In this document: piece by piece, positions 37,234 to 51,828 of the stretch
How positions within the stretch are numbered: position 1 is the first letter of the stretch
Layout: each line of letters begins with the position of its first letter
From: Treponemataceae bacterium
GTDB lineage: Bacteria > Spirochaetota > Spirochaetia > Treponematales > Rectinemataceae
Assembly (NCBI GenBank): GCA_963667725.2
Contig: CAXXHO010000005.1
Span: 96,001-160,000 of the forward strand
DNA length: 64,000 nt
Direction of reading: 5' to 3'
Made by a program: the position numbers and the translations under genes
The notes under the pieces: generated by a model
Told to the model about the DNA's origin: nothing
Database searches by the model: none
The model's input: the letters and a program-made list of their open reading frames with translations, nothing else

Positions 37234-39932
37234 CAGGTTCTCCCGGTTTGTGCTTCATCGAGGGTTTGGCGCAGGGCGTGGGCGAGGCTGGGGAGGGGCA
37301 GAGGTTTCTTCAGCAGGTTGGCGAAGCCCTGTTCTCGGGCCTTGGCTTCGTCGAGTTCTTCGCTGAAGCCTGTCATGAGCAGGACCGGGAATCCGGGGCG
37401 GAGTTTCCAGATACCAGTGCCCAGGTCTTGACCCGTGAGGCCGGGCATCGAGAAGTCGGTCATCACCAGATCGTAGCTCTCTGGGTTCGCCTGAAAGGCG
37501 CTCAGGGCCTCTTGGCTGTCCTGGAAGACCGAGACGCGGTACCCCAGCAGGCCGAGGGCCTCGCCGAGCATCTGGCCGATGGGCCTTTCGTCATCCACGA
37601 CGAGGATGCGCTCGTGGCCCCTGGCTGCTTTCTCTTGGCGAAAAGGGCTGGTGGGCTCCGGCCTCAGCGCGATGGGCAAGTACACGGTGAAGGTGCTTCC
37701 GCGTCCCACTTCGCTCTCCAGCTGGATGCCGCCGTCGCAGCCCGTGACGATTCCGTGCACGATGGAAAGGCCGAGGCCGGTGCCCTCTCCAATTCGTTTG
37801 GTCGTGAAGAAGGGTAGAAAGACTTGCTTCTGGGTCTCTGGGCTCATGCCGCAGCCCGTATCCGAGACGCTCAGACGGATGTAGTCTCCGGGAGGAAGAT
37901 CACCTCCGATGGCCTGCACAGGCACCGTAGGGCACACCCGATCAAGGCGCACACCGAGCCTTCCACCGGATTCGCGCATGGCGTGGTACCCGTTGGTGCA
38001 CAGGTTCATTACCACCTGATGGATCTGACTGGGATCCACCAGCACTGGACCACACTGCTCATCCACATGGGCCTCGATGGAGATGTTCGCAGGGATGGCG
38101 GCCCGCATGAGTTTGAGGCACTCCTTCACCAGGGGGTGCAGTTCCACGGCCTGCTTGTCCTGCTCCATCTGGCGGCCGAACAACAGGATCTGGCTCACCA
38201 GATCCGCCGCGCGACGACCGGCGCCATGAATTTCTTCCAGGTAGCTGGTGAGTTTCGGCTGATCCGTTGTGACGAGATCCTGGGCCAATTCTGCGAACCC
38301 CAGGATCGGCATGAGGAGATTGTTGAAGTCGTGGGCGATGCCGCCGGCAAGCACGCCGATGGCTTCCATCCTCTGGGAGTGACGCAGCTGGTTCTCCAGT
38401 TCCGCTTCCCGGGTCACATCCCGGGAGGTCAGCACCACGTATTGGACGGCGCCCTCATCGTCCCGCACGGGGGAGAGCGTGGTGTCGGTATGCCCCGTGG
38501 TGCCATCCCCACGACGGTGGCTCATGCGCCCAGTGGAGGATTGCCCTGCGACGACCTCTTGCCAGCGCTCACGATAGAGCTTCTCGTCGCTCTCGCCAAA
38601 ATTGAGGGTGGCGATCCTCTGGCCGTGGATCATGGGCTGGGGCAGGCCCAGTAGTTTTTCGGTGGCGGGGTTGGCGTAGAGCACCGTTCCTTCGATGTCT
38701 GTGACCAGGATGGAATCGGAGGCCTGTTCGATGGCGGTGGAGAGGCGCTTCAGCTCGGCCTCGGCCTGCTTGATGGAGGTGATATCGCGGAAGATGCCCA
38801 GGGCCCCCAGAAACTGCCCCTGATCATCCGTGTGGGGGGTCACTGTGACCAGCACCTGCCGACGCTCGCCGTTGGGCCGAATGAAGCCCATTTCGTAGGT
38901 GCTGTTGCTCCCGATTTTTCGTTTCAGGGTCTCGTCCTGGAGCTTCTGGAAGTCCCGGGCATCGGTGAATTCGGAAAGACAGCGGCCCAGGAGTTCGGCG
39001 CGGGGTCGCCCGAGAATTCCTTCTGCGGCGCGGTTCATGAAGAGAATCCGCTCATCGTCGTCCACATAACCCACGCCTTCCCCCTGGTTTTCCACCAGAA
39101 GTCGGTAGCGCTCCTCGCTGTTCTTCAGGGCGGCTTCGGATTCAAGGCGTTGAGTGATGTCCCGCAGGGTGCCGAGAACCGCCCACTGCCCGGCGAAGGG
39201 GATCTTGCTGATGCTGAGCTCCACAAAAAGCACTGCCCCGCACTTGTGGATGATGCGGGCGTTGTAGCGGGGAGGCACATCCTCGCCCCGCACCCGCCGG
39301 TAGGCGTTGTCCTTTACCTTGGCCCGCTCTTCGGGGTGGACCAGGGACCAGGGGTCCATGGCGTAGAGTTCGTCCAGGGAATAGCCCACGATGCCTGTGG
39401 CCCTGGGGTTGATGAAGTGGAACCGGTCGGTTCCGATGATGAAGATGCCGTCGTGGCTGTGGTCCACCAAGGCCCGGTACATGGCTTCCCGCTCTCGAAG
39501 CGCCTCCTCGGCGGTCTTGCGCTCCTGGATATTCCGGAGTACGCCGTTCACCTGGGCCAACGCGCCGTCGATGTGGAGGGGTTCGCTGTACTCTTCGTAC
39601 CACTCGTAGTGCCCATCCTGGTGGCGCAGGCGACACTCCACTCGGTCATGGGGAATGCCCTGGAGATTCAAGCGGAAGGCAGCCTCTACGGCATCGTGGT
39701 CCTCGGGATGAACGAATTCGAGGATATGGCGACCAACGGCGAAATCCGGTTCGTATCCCAGGCTCCGCGCGCTTTCACTGACAAAGAGCAGGATGCCATC
39801 GGGCCCATAGGAAACGATGATGTCCCGAATATGTTCGACGAGGGTTTGGAACCTGGCCTCGTCTCCGGGCGAGCCTTGCGTTGACCGCTTCCGAGCGGGG
39901 CCTGCGGGCGGAGTCGGGTGGTCCGTGGTCAT
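37233..39932 (-). CDS. Multi-PAS hybrid sensor histidine kinase with C-terminal receiver
   Basis: Four PAS repeats, [11 protein letters not shown]-box, NLCTNG, DTGCGM, PFFTTK, GTGLGL and receiver VMTDFSMP; start uncertain (39932 or 39980). Confidence 0.92.
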   Translation of the reverse strand: MTTDHPTPPAGPARKRSTQGSPGDEARFQTLVEHIRDIIVSYGPDGILLFVSESARSLGYEPDFAVGRHILEFVHPEDHDAVEAAFRLNLQGIPHDRVECRLRHQDGHYEWYEEYSEPLHIDGALAQVNGVLRNIQERKTAEEALREREAMYRALVDHSHDGIFIIGTDRFHFINPRATGIVGYSLDELYAMDPWSLVHPEERAKVKDNAYRRVRGEDVPPRYNARIIHKCGAVLFVELSISKIPFAGQWAVLGTLRDITQRLESEAALKNSEERYRLLVENQGEGVGYVDDDERILFMNRAAEGILGRPRAELLGRCLSEFTDARDFQKLQDETLKRKIGSNSTYEMGFIRPNGERRQVLVTVTPHTDDQGQFLGALGIFRDITSIKQAEAELKRLSTAIEQASDSILVTDIEGTVLYANPATEKLLGLPQPMIHGQRIATLNFGESDEKLYRERWQEVVAGQSSTGRMSHRRGDGTTGHTDTTLSPVRDDEGAVQYVVLTSRDVTREAELENQLRHSQRMEAIGVLAGGIAHDFNNLLMPILGFAELAQDLVTTDQPKLTSYLEEIHGAGRRAADLVSQILLFGRQMEQDKQAVELHPLVKECLKLMRAAIPANISIEAHVDEQCGPVLVDPSQIHQVVMNLCTNGYHAMRESGGRLGVRLDRVCPTVPVQAIGGDLPPGDYIRLSVSDTGCGMSPETQKQVFLPFFTTKRIGEGTGLGLSIVHGIVTGCDGGIQLESEVGRGSTFTVYLPIALRPEPTSPFRQEKAARGHERILVVDDERPIGQMLGEALGLLGYRVSVFQDSQEALSAFQANPESYDLVMTDFSMPGLTGQDLGTGIWKLRPGFPVLLMTGFSEELDEAKAREQGFANLLKKPLPLPSLAHALRQTLDEAQTGRT

Positions 39933-39982
39933 GGTTTCGAGTGTAAGCCTTTGCTTGGTTCCGGTCGCAGGGGGCTTCAAAG

Positions 39983-40009
39983 CGATCGGCCCCGTGAAGG
40001 GGCCGATCG
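39983..40009. terminator. GC-rich hairpin downstream of the lipoprotein gene
   Basis: CGATCGGCCCC-GTGAA-GGGGCCGATCG perfect 11-bp stem; short T tract on the minus strand. Confidence 0.55.
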
Positions 40010-40030
40010 GAGGGCTGGAACCTATTGATG

Positions 40031-40627
40031 CTAGGGCTGCGCGGGCTTGTAGTCGTCGGCGTAGGTGATGGGGGACTTCTGGGTGGCTTCCTTCATCAGC
40101 TGCTCGAAGATCTTGGCCTCCTGGCGCTGCTTCCAGAGCATGGGCATCTGGGCCTTGACCTGCTCGAAGGGGGGCACTCCCTTGTCCTGGCCCTGGGCCT
40201 TGCGCTCCGCCAGGAGTTCATCGTAGGTGGCCTTGAGGTCGGCCTCGGTGGGCTGGGCCTTGAGGCGGCGCTCCATCAGCGTCTGGACGTAGGCCTGTGC
40301 CGTTGCCTGCTCAAGGCGCAGGAGTACGCCGGGGTCCTTGTCCAGACCCTGGGCTTTACCCAGGATGACGATGGCCTTGGCCTTGGCCAATTGGCCCAGG
40401 AACTCGTTACGCTTGTCCCGGAGCGCTTCGCTGGTGAGGACTTCCTTGGCCTTGGCTTCATCGGGAACCATGGCTTTGATCGTTTCGCCAAAGGCCTTCT
40501 CCGTGATCTTTTCACCGGCAACGCTGGCGATGACTTTGCTGGTGTCCTTGGAGCCTTTATTGCAGCCCAGGGCGACCACCAGGGCCAGACCCGCCATTCC
40601 CAGCCAATGTGCACGACGAAGCTTCAT
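40031..40627 (-). CDS. PrsA/EpsD-like lipoprotein (chaperone domain, no parvulin core visible)
   Basis: Lipobox VALGC, VIASVAGEKIT, GLDKDP, PTEADLKATY and PPFEQVK; GAGGAG RBS. Confidence 0.65.
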   Translation of the reverse strand: MKLRRAHWLGMAGLALVVALGCNKGSKDTSKVIASVAGEKITEKAFGETIKAMVPDEAKAKEVLTSEALRDKRNEFLGQLAKAKAIVILGKAQGLDKDPGVLLRLEQATAQAYVQTLMERRLKAQPTEADLKATYDELLAERKAQGQDKGVPPFEQVKAQMPMLWKQRQEAKIFEQLMKEATQKSPITYADDYKPAQP

Positions 40628-40694
40628 TTCGTTCTCCTCGATTCCCATGTCCCAGACTGACTGGGCGTGACATCCAATCCTAACCGGAGGAAAC

Positions 40695-40991
40695 ATGCCC
40701 GACCTCAGCCTTCTGAATGGACTCCAGCTCCAGGTCTATTCGGCCACCTGGTGCGGCGACTGTCGCCGCCTGGAGCGATGGCTGGGGGAGAACGCCGTAC
40801 CCTTCACCAAAGTGGATATTGAACGGGTGGCGGGCGCCGCCGAGCAACTGGAGGCCGAGACGGGCAAACGGGCGATTCCGTTCATTCGGGTCAACGGGAG
40901 GCGCTGGGTGCGGGGCTACCACCGAGACCTGCCCGGCCGCTTCAACCCCGAGCTGCTGGTCCAGGAGTTGGCGGAGGCTGGGAAGGGCTAA
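40695..40991 (+). CDS. Glutaredoxin/mycoredoxin-like protein
   Basis: VYSATWCGDC and TGKRAIPFI motifs; GGAGG RBS. Confidence 0.85.
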   Translation: MPDLSLLNGLQLQVYSATWCGDCRRLERWLGENAVPFTKVDIERVAGAAEQLEAETGKRAIPFIRVNGRRWVRGYHRDLPGRFNPELLVQELAEAGKG

Positions 40992-41085
40992 GCCCCGCAG
41001 GAGATCTTTTCGCGGCACGAAGGGCCGCGAACCTGTCCAAGGAGGCGGATCCGTGGAAAACTAGGGGGTTCCCTCGGAGCCTGCC

Positions 41086-42129
41086 TTGTCCCATCCCTTT
41101 TCATCCCAATTCTGGTCTGGCCTTTTTACCAGCGATCTTGCGATCGATCTGGGCACGGCCTCTGTGCTGGTCTACACCCGCCAGGCGGGGCGTATCGTGA
41201 TCTACGAACCATCCATCGTTGCCCTGAACACCCAGACGCACGAGGTGGAGGCCGTGGGCGATGAGGCCAAGCAACTGCTGGGCCGCGCTCCCCAGGGGGT
41301 TCAGACCATCCGCCCCATGAAGGACGGCATGATCTACGAGGTGGATGCCGCCGAGAAAATGCTGGCTGCCTTCATCAAGAAGGCCCGGCCCAACCGCGGC
41401 ATCGCCCGCACCCGCATCGTGGTGTCCGTGCCTCCCCGGGCCCACCAGGTGGCGCGCCGGGCGGTGAAGCAGGTCTGCTACGACGCCAAGGCCGGCGAGG
41501 TGTTCCTGGTGGATCAGGCCATGGTGGCCGCCATCGGCGCGGGGCTCGCCATCAACGAGAAGCGCGGCTGCATGATCGTGGACGTGGGCGGCGGCACCAC
41601 GGATGTGGCGGTGATCTCGTACAACGGCAAGGTCTTCTCCGACTCCATCCTGATTGCGGGCGATGAGATGGACGAGGCGATCATCAAGTACATCCGCGAG
41701 AAGTACAACGTGCTCATCTCGGAATCCGCAGCCGAGGAAGTGAAGTGGAACCTGGGTTCGGCCTATCCCTCCGATAAGCCTCGCACCATGAACATCTCGG
41801 GCCGGGACCAGTTCGAGGGTCTGCCCAAGACGCTGGTGCTGAACGACACCGAGATCCGCGAGGCGCTCTCGGAGCCCATCAGCGCCATCATCGATCTGGT
41901 TCGCAAGGCCTTGAACGAAACCCCGCCTCAGTTGGCGGCGGATCTCATCGACCGCGGCATCTGCCTGACCGGCGGCGGCTCCAAGATCCAGGGGCTGGAT
42001 GTGCGGCTCTCCAAGGAAACGCACCTGCCCTGCTACCGGGCCGAAAACCCCGAGACGGCCGTGGTGCGCGGCACGGCCGTGCTGCTGGATGATATCCCCT
42101 TCCTGCGGCGCATTCAGATTCTCGACTAA
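41086..42129 (+). CDS. mreB: Rod shape-determining protein MreB (divergent)
   Basis: IDLGTA, EPSIVA, IRPMKDG, AAIGAGL, VDVGGGTTDVAVIS, AGDEMD and LTGGG motifs; first gene of the mre operon. Confidence 0.92.
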   Translation: MSHPFSSQFWSGLFTSDLAIDLGTASVLVYTRQAGRIVIYEPSIVALNTQTHEVEAVGDEAKQLLGRAPQGVQTIRPMKDGMIYEVDAAEKMLAAFIKKARPNRGIARTRIVVSVPPRAHQVARRAVKQVCYDAKAGEVFLVDQAMVAAIGAGLAINEKRGCMIVDVGGGTTDVAVISYNGKVFSDSILIAGDEMDEAIIKYIREKYNVLISESAAEEVKWNLGSAYPSDKPRTMNISGRDQFEGLPKTLVLNDTEIREALSEPISAIIDLVRKALNETPPQLAADLIDRGICLTGGGSKIQGLDVRLSKETHLPCYRAENPETAVVRGTAVLLDDIPFLRRIQILD

Positions 42130-42143
42130 GAAGAGGAGCACCG

Positions 42144-43019
42144 ATGCGGGAGCGCCCCTGGGGCTGGAACCCTTCCGGTCGCAGACGCTGGGGCATTGTC
42201 GCCCTCTGTCTCGGGCACCTGCTGTGGGTCTTCCTGGGCCGAGGGGCGGCAACGCGCTGGCAGAACCTGCTGGGGCTGCTCTCCCGCCCCTCTCAGACGG
42301 TAAGCGCCCGGTTCGAGGCCTGGCGGCAGGCGCGAACCCAGCGAATCGCGGATCATCAGCGGGCCCTGGCCGAGGTGCAGATGCTGCGGCAGCGGGTGGA
42401 ATACCTGCAGATGGCCGCCATCCAGAACGCCCAGAAGAACAGTGAGGCCGACGAGGCCGTGCGGTTGCTGGGACTCAAGCAGGCTTTCCCCCTGGAAACC
42501 CGGGGGGCCAGGATCATCGCCAACCTCCGGCGCGCGCCTTTCGGGGGGTTGGTGTTGGACTGCGGCGCAGATGCGGGGATCAATCCCGATCAGGGCGTCA
42601 TCTGTCCCGAGGGCGTGGTGGGACGAGTCTGGTCCGTGACCCAGGGGCAGGCCAGTGTGCTTCCCTTGGACTCCTTCAACGCATCTGCGGCCGTGATGCT
42701 GGCGCGCAGTCGGGCCACTGGGGTGCTGCAGGGCGTGGGGCCGGGCAAGGCGGAGATCCGCTATATCAGCAGCCAGGAGGTGGTGCAGGTGGGTGAGCCC
42801 GTCTATACCTCGGGCCTGGACCGGGTCTTCCCCCGGGGACTCCTGGTGGGGTACGTCACCGCCGCCAGACCCAGGGATGCCGAACTGGCCCTGGAAGTGA
42901 CCCTGGCCGCACCCCTCGACCGGACCCACCTGGTTCTCCTCATGCCTCCCAAGCCCCCGATCCAGGTGCAGCCCCCCTCTGAGCCCGTGGCGGGCCTTGG
43001 GCAGCGAGGCGTGAAATGA
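42144..43019 (+). CDS. mreC: Rod shape-determining protein MreC
   Basis: TM plus coiled coil, GVVGRV and VYTSGLDRVFPRGLLVG; synteny. Confidence 0.9.
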   Translation: MRERPWGWNPSGRRRWGIVALCLGHLLWVFLGRGAATRWQNLLGLLSRPSQTVSARFEAWRQARTQRIADHQRALAEVQMLRQRVEYLQMAAIQNAQKNSEADEAVRLLGLKQAFPLETRGARIIANLRRAPFGGLVLDCGADAGINPDQGVICPEGVVGRVWSVTQGQASVLPLDSFNASAAVMLARSRATGVLQGVGPGKAEIRYISSQEVVQVGEPVYTSGLDRVFPRGLLVGYVTAARPRDAELALEVTLAAPLDRTHLVLLMPPKPPIQVQPPSEPVAGLGQRGVK

Positions 43020-43498
43020 GCGGCAACGCCAACTCGCCCATGTTCCGGCATCTGCTGTTCGCTTGCCTGACCCTGGGAGGCGTCTATTTCGCGGCCCCCT
43101 GGCCCGCCGTCCAGGCGGTGCTCAATGCGTTCCTGGTTCTAGGGTTGGCACCGGAGTTCCGCTCGCCCCTGGTTGGGGCCTGCTGGGCCGCCGCCGCCGG
43201 TTGGGTGCTGGAAGGCGCCATGCGGGCCTACCCCCAACTGGGAGGCACAGCCCTGGGGAATCTCCTGGCCATGCTCCTGGCGGCCTGGGTGCTGACGCAA
43301 TGGCCGCCGAGCCAGCGCCGGGCCTTCTGGATTCGGCTCGCGGCCCTGGCTGTCATCCATGCCCTGCTGGTCCATGCCGCCGTGCGCATCGCCTGCGGGC
43401 CGCACCCCTGGGGCTGGGGGCCCCTCTGGACGCTCCTCACGGTGCCCCTGTGGGGGTCGGTGGCTTTCAGGCTTCACCGTCCCCTCCATCGGAGGTAG
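43016..43498 (+). CDS. Membrane protein, probable MreD
   Basis: About 160 aa, fully hydrophobic, between mreC and mrdA; weak sequence resemblance. Confidence 0.65.
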   Translation: MSGNANSPMFRHLLFACLTLGGVYFAAPWPAVQAVLNAFLVLGLAPEFRSPLVGACWAAAAGWVLEGAMRAYPQLGGTALGNLLAMLLAAWVLTQWPPSQRRAFWIRLAALAVIHALLVHAAVRIACGPHPWGWGPLWTLLTVPLWGSVAFRLHRPLHRR

Positions 43499-43501
43499 GC
43501 C

Positions 43502-45387
43502 TTGATCGACGGCCGGGTTCGCAATCTCATCCAGAGGCGCGTTGATGTGCTCAAGCTTCTTGTGTGGGTGGTGGTCGTCGGGCTGCTCGTGCCCTACTTC
43601 TGGGTCCAGGTGATCAAGCGGCGCGAGATGCAGGAACTGGCCCTACGTCAGGCGGTCAAGACCCGCACCACCCCTGCGCCCCGGGGCATCATCTTCGACC
43701 GGAATGGGCACAAGCTCGTGGACAACCGGAGGGCCCTGAACCTGGTCATCCAGGCGGAGGAACTGCCGGCGGATCCTCACCAGGTCGAAGAACTGGCCCG
43801 CCAACTCCAGCGCGAACCGGAGGATCTCAAGCGACGGATCGCCTTCAGTCGTCAGGCAGGGGGCAACCGCATGGTGGTGCTCCAGGACAATCTGGATGAT
43901 GCGGGGCTCGCCCAGGCGGAGCTTCTGCGGGCGCGCTTCCCCTTTCTCAGTGTCCAGGCGGCGCCTCGGCGCGTCTATCTCGGCGAGGGCCTCGCGGGCC
44001 ACGCCCTGGGGTACGTGGGCGAGGTGGATGAAAAACTCCTGGAGAAGAATCCCGAACGCTACCACCTGGGGGAGATCATTGGCCGGGCCGGGGTCGAGGC
44101 CACGCACAACCAGGAGATCCGGGGCGAGGACGGCGAGCGCCGGATTCTCGTGGATCACCTGGGCCGCGAGATGGCGCTCTACGGCATCAAGGAGCCGGTG
44201 CCGGGCAAGAGCGTGTATCTCACGCTGGACGCGGGTTTGCAGCAGGTGCTGAAGGATGCCTTCGGCGAAGAAAACGGGGCCGGCGTGGTCATCGATCTGC
44301 GGGATGGGGGGATCCTGGCCCTCTATTCGGCGCCCACCATGGATCCCAATGTGTTCCTGAACCGCCTGAGCCAGGAACAGGTGGACTACTTCATGCGCAA
44401 TCCGGTCAAGCCAATGCTGAACCGTGTCACCCAGGGCCTCTATCCGCCGGGCTCCACCTTCAAACTGCTGGTGGCCCTCGCCGCGATGGAAAAGGGCATT
44501 CTGAAACAGGAAACGGTCTTCCACTGCGCGGGACAGAAGACCTTCTACAACCGGGTTTTCCGGTGCGATGCGGTGCATGGCTCCGTGAATCTGACCCAGG
44601 CCATCGCCCATAGCTGCAATAACTATTTTTACGAATTGGGGATGCACCTGGACGTAGACGAGATCAACGCTGCCGCCGAAAAATATGGCCTTTTGGAGAA
44701 GACGGGCATCGACCTGCCCCACGAGGCCACATCCAGAGTACCCAGTCGCGCCTGGGCCAAAGCGTTCCGTCCCAAGGAACCCAAATGGTACGCCGGGGAA
44801 ACCATCAGTGTGGCCATTGGTCAGGGCCAGAATGCCCTTACGCCCCTGGCCTTGGCCCGGTTCTACGGCATGCTCGCCACCAGGGGCAAGCTCCTCACCC
44901 CGCACCTGCTCTACGGTTTCCGCAACGAAAAGAACGGTGAGATGGAGCCGTACCAGCCCCCCGCCCCCAGGGACACGCACCTAGATCCCAAGATCTGGTC
45001 GATCCTGGATGAAGGCCTCTACCAGGTGGTCAAGGTTGGGACAGCCAAGGCCTCGAATATTCCTGGGTTCGACATGGTCGGCAAGACAGGCACTTCCCAG
45101 GTCCGCAGCCTGGGCGCCAGCCGCGAGGAATCCCGCAGGCAGGAAAAGAAGTTTCGGGATAACGCGCTCTTCGCGGGCTACGCCCCCCGGGAGAATCCCC
45201 AGATCGCCTTTGTGGTGGTGGCGGAGAACGCCGGATTCGGGGCCTCCAATGCCGCGCCCATCGCCAAGAAACTCTGTGAGTACTGGTTCATCAACCGCCC
45301 CAAGAATCCCCTGCCGCCGCCCGGGGGCAAGCTGCCGGATGCCTTCAAGCTCGAGAATAAACCCGTCGAAGACGGAGAGGTGACCCC

Positions 45388-45391
<4 letters not shown>
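43502..45391 (+). CDS. mrdA: Penicillin-binding protein 2
   Basis: APRGIIFDRNG, PPGSTFK (SxxK), SCN (SxN) and KTGTSQ motifs. Confidence 0.93.
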
Positions 45392-49063
<3,672 letters not shown>

Positions 49064-49507
49064 TTAGCGGAGCCCTTCGTCTCCGCGGCTCTCGGTGTCC
49101 ACCAGTGCTCGCAGACGCCAGGTGCCGTCCTTCTCGATCCAGCGCAGCAGAAAGGTGCGGCGGGAGGCATCCTGGGGCAGCAGACCCGAGCCGCCCTGGC
49201 TGGTGAGCAGCAGCTCCGTGGTCTGGAGCGCCTCATGGCCCTTCACCTCGACGCGATTGGAGAAGACGGTGACGCCGATCTTGTCCCGCCGCAGAACGCC
49301 CAATAGGTAGAGCTTCGCCCCGTTCCGGTCCATTCCTCCCGGCCCCTCGAAGCGGGTATCTAACTGGTCGATGACCGCGCCGGGATCGCTGGATTCGATG
49401 CCCTTCACGCAGACCTCGAAGGCCTGTTTCACCCGCGCTTCGGGGCTTTCCCGAGCGCAGGCCATCAGGGTCAGCAGGATGAGGAGCACGGGATAAAGGG
49501 CACGCAT
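49064..49507 (-). CDS. Hypothetical lipoprotein (possibly NTF2-like)
   Basis: Lipobox LMAC; C-terminal WIEKDGTWRL. Confidence 0.6.
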   Translation of the reverse strand: MRALYPVLLILLTLMACARESPEARVKQAFEVCVKGIESSDPGAVIDQLDTRFEGPGGMDRNGAKLYLLGVLRRDKIGVTVFSNRVEVKGHEALQTTELLLTSQGGSGLLPQDASRRTFLLRWIEKDGTWRLRALVDTESRGDEGLR

Positions 49508-49569
49508 GGACGCTCCTCGGGATTCCCAAGCAGAGTATCCGCTCCCGAGCCTCGACCCGAGCGCGGGTA

Positions 49570-50079
49570 TCAGCCCACCGCAGACAGATCCTGATCGTGG
49601 CGCTGGATGAAGGCTTGGATGGCGGAACGTTCGGCGGCGGCGGGAGTCTTGGCCCAGCGGTCAGCCCGGCGCCAGAGGCCCAGCATGTCTTCGGGGCAGC
49701 CCACGCACTCGTAGATGGTTTCCACGGCGATGCCCAGGGCTTCGGCCCCGAGGGGAGCCTCCAGCACATCCTTGAGCAGGGCGAGGCGCCAGCGATCCTG
49801 AGCCTGGGCCCAGCGGCGACCGCCGGGGCGAGGGGCCTTTCCGGTGACTTCGGCAGCGGCCAGCCAGAGGGCCATCTCGAAGGATTCTAGGGCAGCTCCC
49901 GAGAGCGAGGCCAAATGCTCGCAGGCCCCTCCGGGGAAGCCCTGATCGCGCACCCAGCTTTGGATCTCCTCGGGCTTCAGGAAACCGAAATCATGGCCGA
50001 CCACGATCTCATCCCACCCGATGGAGGCGCCGTGGGAGGACTGCCGCGCCAAGAGGGACAACCAGTTTCCGATCACCAT
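49570..50079 (-). CDS. Hypothetical protein, DUF2247-like
   Basis: IGWDEIVVG, DRWRLALL and IYECVGCPEDM pattern; GAGGTG RBS. Confidence 0.55.
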   Translation of the reverse strand: MVIGNWLSLLARQSSHGASIGWDEIVVGHDFGFLKPEEIQSWVRDQGFPGGACEHLASLSGAALESFEMALWLAAAEVTGKAPRPGGRRWAQAQDRWRLALLKDVLEAPLGAEALGIAVETIYECVGCPEDMLGLWRRADRWAKTPAAAERSAIQAFIQRHDQDLSAVG

Positions 50080-50170
50080 GACATCACCTCGGAACGAGTA
50101 TGGGGGGCCGATGTGAAGGGTATGTGGCAGGGCTTCGACGTTCCTGTGAGTTTAAAGGTTCGCGAATCTG

Positions 50171-51112
50171 CTACGCGAGGAGCTGCAGGGCCAGGTGGGC
50201 CGCCACCCGGGCCGACTCTTCGGCGCCCGCCAACGTGGGAGCCAACTCCATCACGTCAGCCCCGACAAAGGGCGTTGACCATCGGTGGGTGTGGCGGAGC
50301 AGGGAGATAAGCTCCATCACCGTGAGCCCCCCAGGCACGGGTTCGGCCACGGCGGGACAGAAGGCCGGATCCAGCACATCCAGATCGAGGCTCACATAGG
50401 CCGGACCCTGGCCCACCCGGGCCAGGTCGCCGTGGAGCTGGCTGCTGAGGCGCACATCCTTGAGATCCCAGGGCGTCCAAAGATGCACCCCTGCGCTGCG
50501 GAGGAAGGCCAGTTCGCCGCCATCGAAGCGCGGGGCCCGCAGGCCCACCTGCACGGTGCGATGGGGATCCAGGAGGCCCTCCTCAAGGGCCTGGCGCACC
50601 CAGGTGCCATGGTGGCAGGCCGTGCCCCAGAGCTCACCGTGCCCGGCGTCGGGGTGGGCATCGAAATGAAGCAGGCCCAGGGGGCCGTGGTGCCGGGCAT
50701 GGGCTCGTAAGGCTCCGAGGGTCATCAGGTGATCGCCGCCCAACAGGAGGGTGCGAGCACCCTGGGCAATCCAGGCCGCCGTGGTCATTTCCACCGCAGC
50801 CAGGGCTTCGGTCATATCGAAGGGGCGCGTGGGCACGTTGCCGCCATCCACCCAGCCCAGACCTGCGAAACTGCGGGCTTCCTCCTCGGGGCCCTGCAAG
50901 CGAAGGGGCATGGGCAGACGGCCAAGGCCCAGGGTTGCAGCGCGCAGGGCCCAGGGACCGAGGCGCGCACCGGGGCGGTTCAATACGCCGCCATCGTAGG
51001 GTGCGCCGAGCACCACGCCGGTGGCGGCGCAGGGTTCGGGTGCCGCAGTGAGCCCCAGGAAGGGCACCAGTCCAGAGCGAAGGTTGTTGAGCAGGGATTC
51101 GGCAGCGTTCAC
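50171..51112 (-). CDS. Ureohydrolase (agmatinase/arginase family)
   Basis: GAPYD, RPGARLGP, GGDH, DAHPD, SLDLDVLDP, PVPGG and DVMELAP motifs; GTG overlaps the upstream TGA. Confidence 0.9.
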   Translation of the reverse strand: MNAAESLLNNLRSGLVPFLGLTAAPEPCAATGVVLGAPYDGGVLNRPGARLGPWALRAATLGLGRLPMPLRLQGPEEEARSFAGLGWVDGGNVPTRPFDMTEALAAVEMTTAAWIAQGARTLLLGGDHLMTLGALRAHARHHGPLGLLHFDAHPDAGHGELWGTACHHGTWVRQALEEGLLDPHRTVQVGLRAPRFDGGELAFLRSAGVHLWTPWDLKDVRLSSQLHGDLARVGQGPAYVSLDLDVLDPAFCPAVAEPVPGGLTVMELISLLRHTHRWSTPFVGADVMELAPTLAGAEESARVAAHLALQLLA

Positions 51113-51828
51113 GCGCTTTCCTCGATGGCGTTCCAGGGATGGAGGTGGCTGCGGATCTGGCGGATCCAGGCCCCTTCGGTGAGGTAATCGGTGGGACGAA
51201 GCACCGGGCCGGGCCGCACGCGAACCCGGGTGCGGGGGGTATCGCACAGCTTCTGCAGGTGCGGCAGTAGCTCTGCTTGGCCCGTCCAGGGGTAGTGAGC
51301 ATCATCGCTGGCCAGGTGGAGCGGGAGCACCGTCACCTGAAGCCGATAGGCGAGCCTCAGCGAGCCTTCGTAGAGCGGCGCAAGGGTTTCCCCGCAGGTG
51401 GTGGTGCCTTCGGGAAAGATCAGGAAATCCCTTCCGGCGCGAAGCTCCGCAGTCAGCCGAGCCAGGGCGGCGGCGCGGCTCAAGGGGTCCTCGCGGCGCA
51501 CGAAACGCAGGCCCGCGCGGCGTGCGCCCGGGCCTACCACGGGGTAGTCCGCCACCTCGGCCTTGGCCAGGATGCCGCTGGGGCGCAGGGCCATGAGCAC
51601 CATAGGATCCAGCCAACTGAGGTGATTCGCCACCCAGAGCTGACCTCCCACCGGAATCGGGGCCTCCAGGCGGGTCTCGATGCCCATGCGGGGGAGCAGC
51701 CTGCGGCACCAAGGGGAAAGCAGGGCGTCGGGCCGACGGGAGACTGACATGCGTCCGATGGACCAGAGGGAATCCATGAGCACGGCACTGAGTCGAAGGG
51801 CAGGGCGAAGGCGCGTGAGGCGTCTCAT
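51109..51828 (-). CDS. Lysophospholipid acyltransferase family protein (PlsC/OlsA-like)
   Basis: NHLSWLD (HX4D), LAKAEV and FPEGTT motifs. Confidence 0.88.
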   Translation of the reverse strand: MRRLTRLRPALRLSAVLMDSLWSIGRMSVSRRPDALLSPWCRRLLPRMGIETRLEAPIPVGGQLWVANHLSWLDPMVLMALRPSGILAKAEVADYPVVGPGARRAGLRFVRREDPLSRAAALARLTAELRAGRDFLIFPEGTTTCGETLAPLYEGSLRLAYRLQVTVLPLHLASDDAHYPWTGQAELLPHLQKLCDTPRTRVRVRPGPVLRPTDYLTEGAWIRQIRSHLHPWNAIEESA

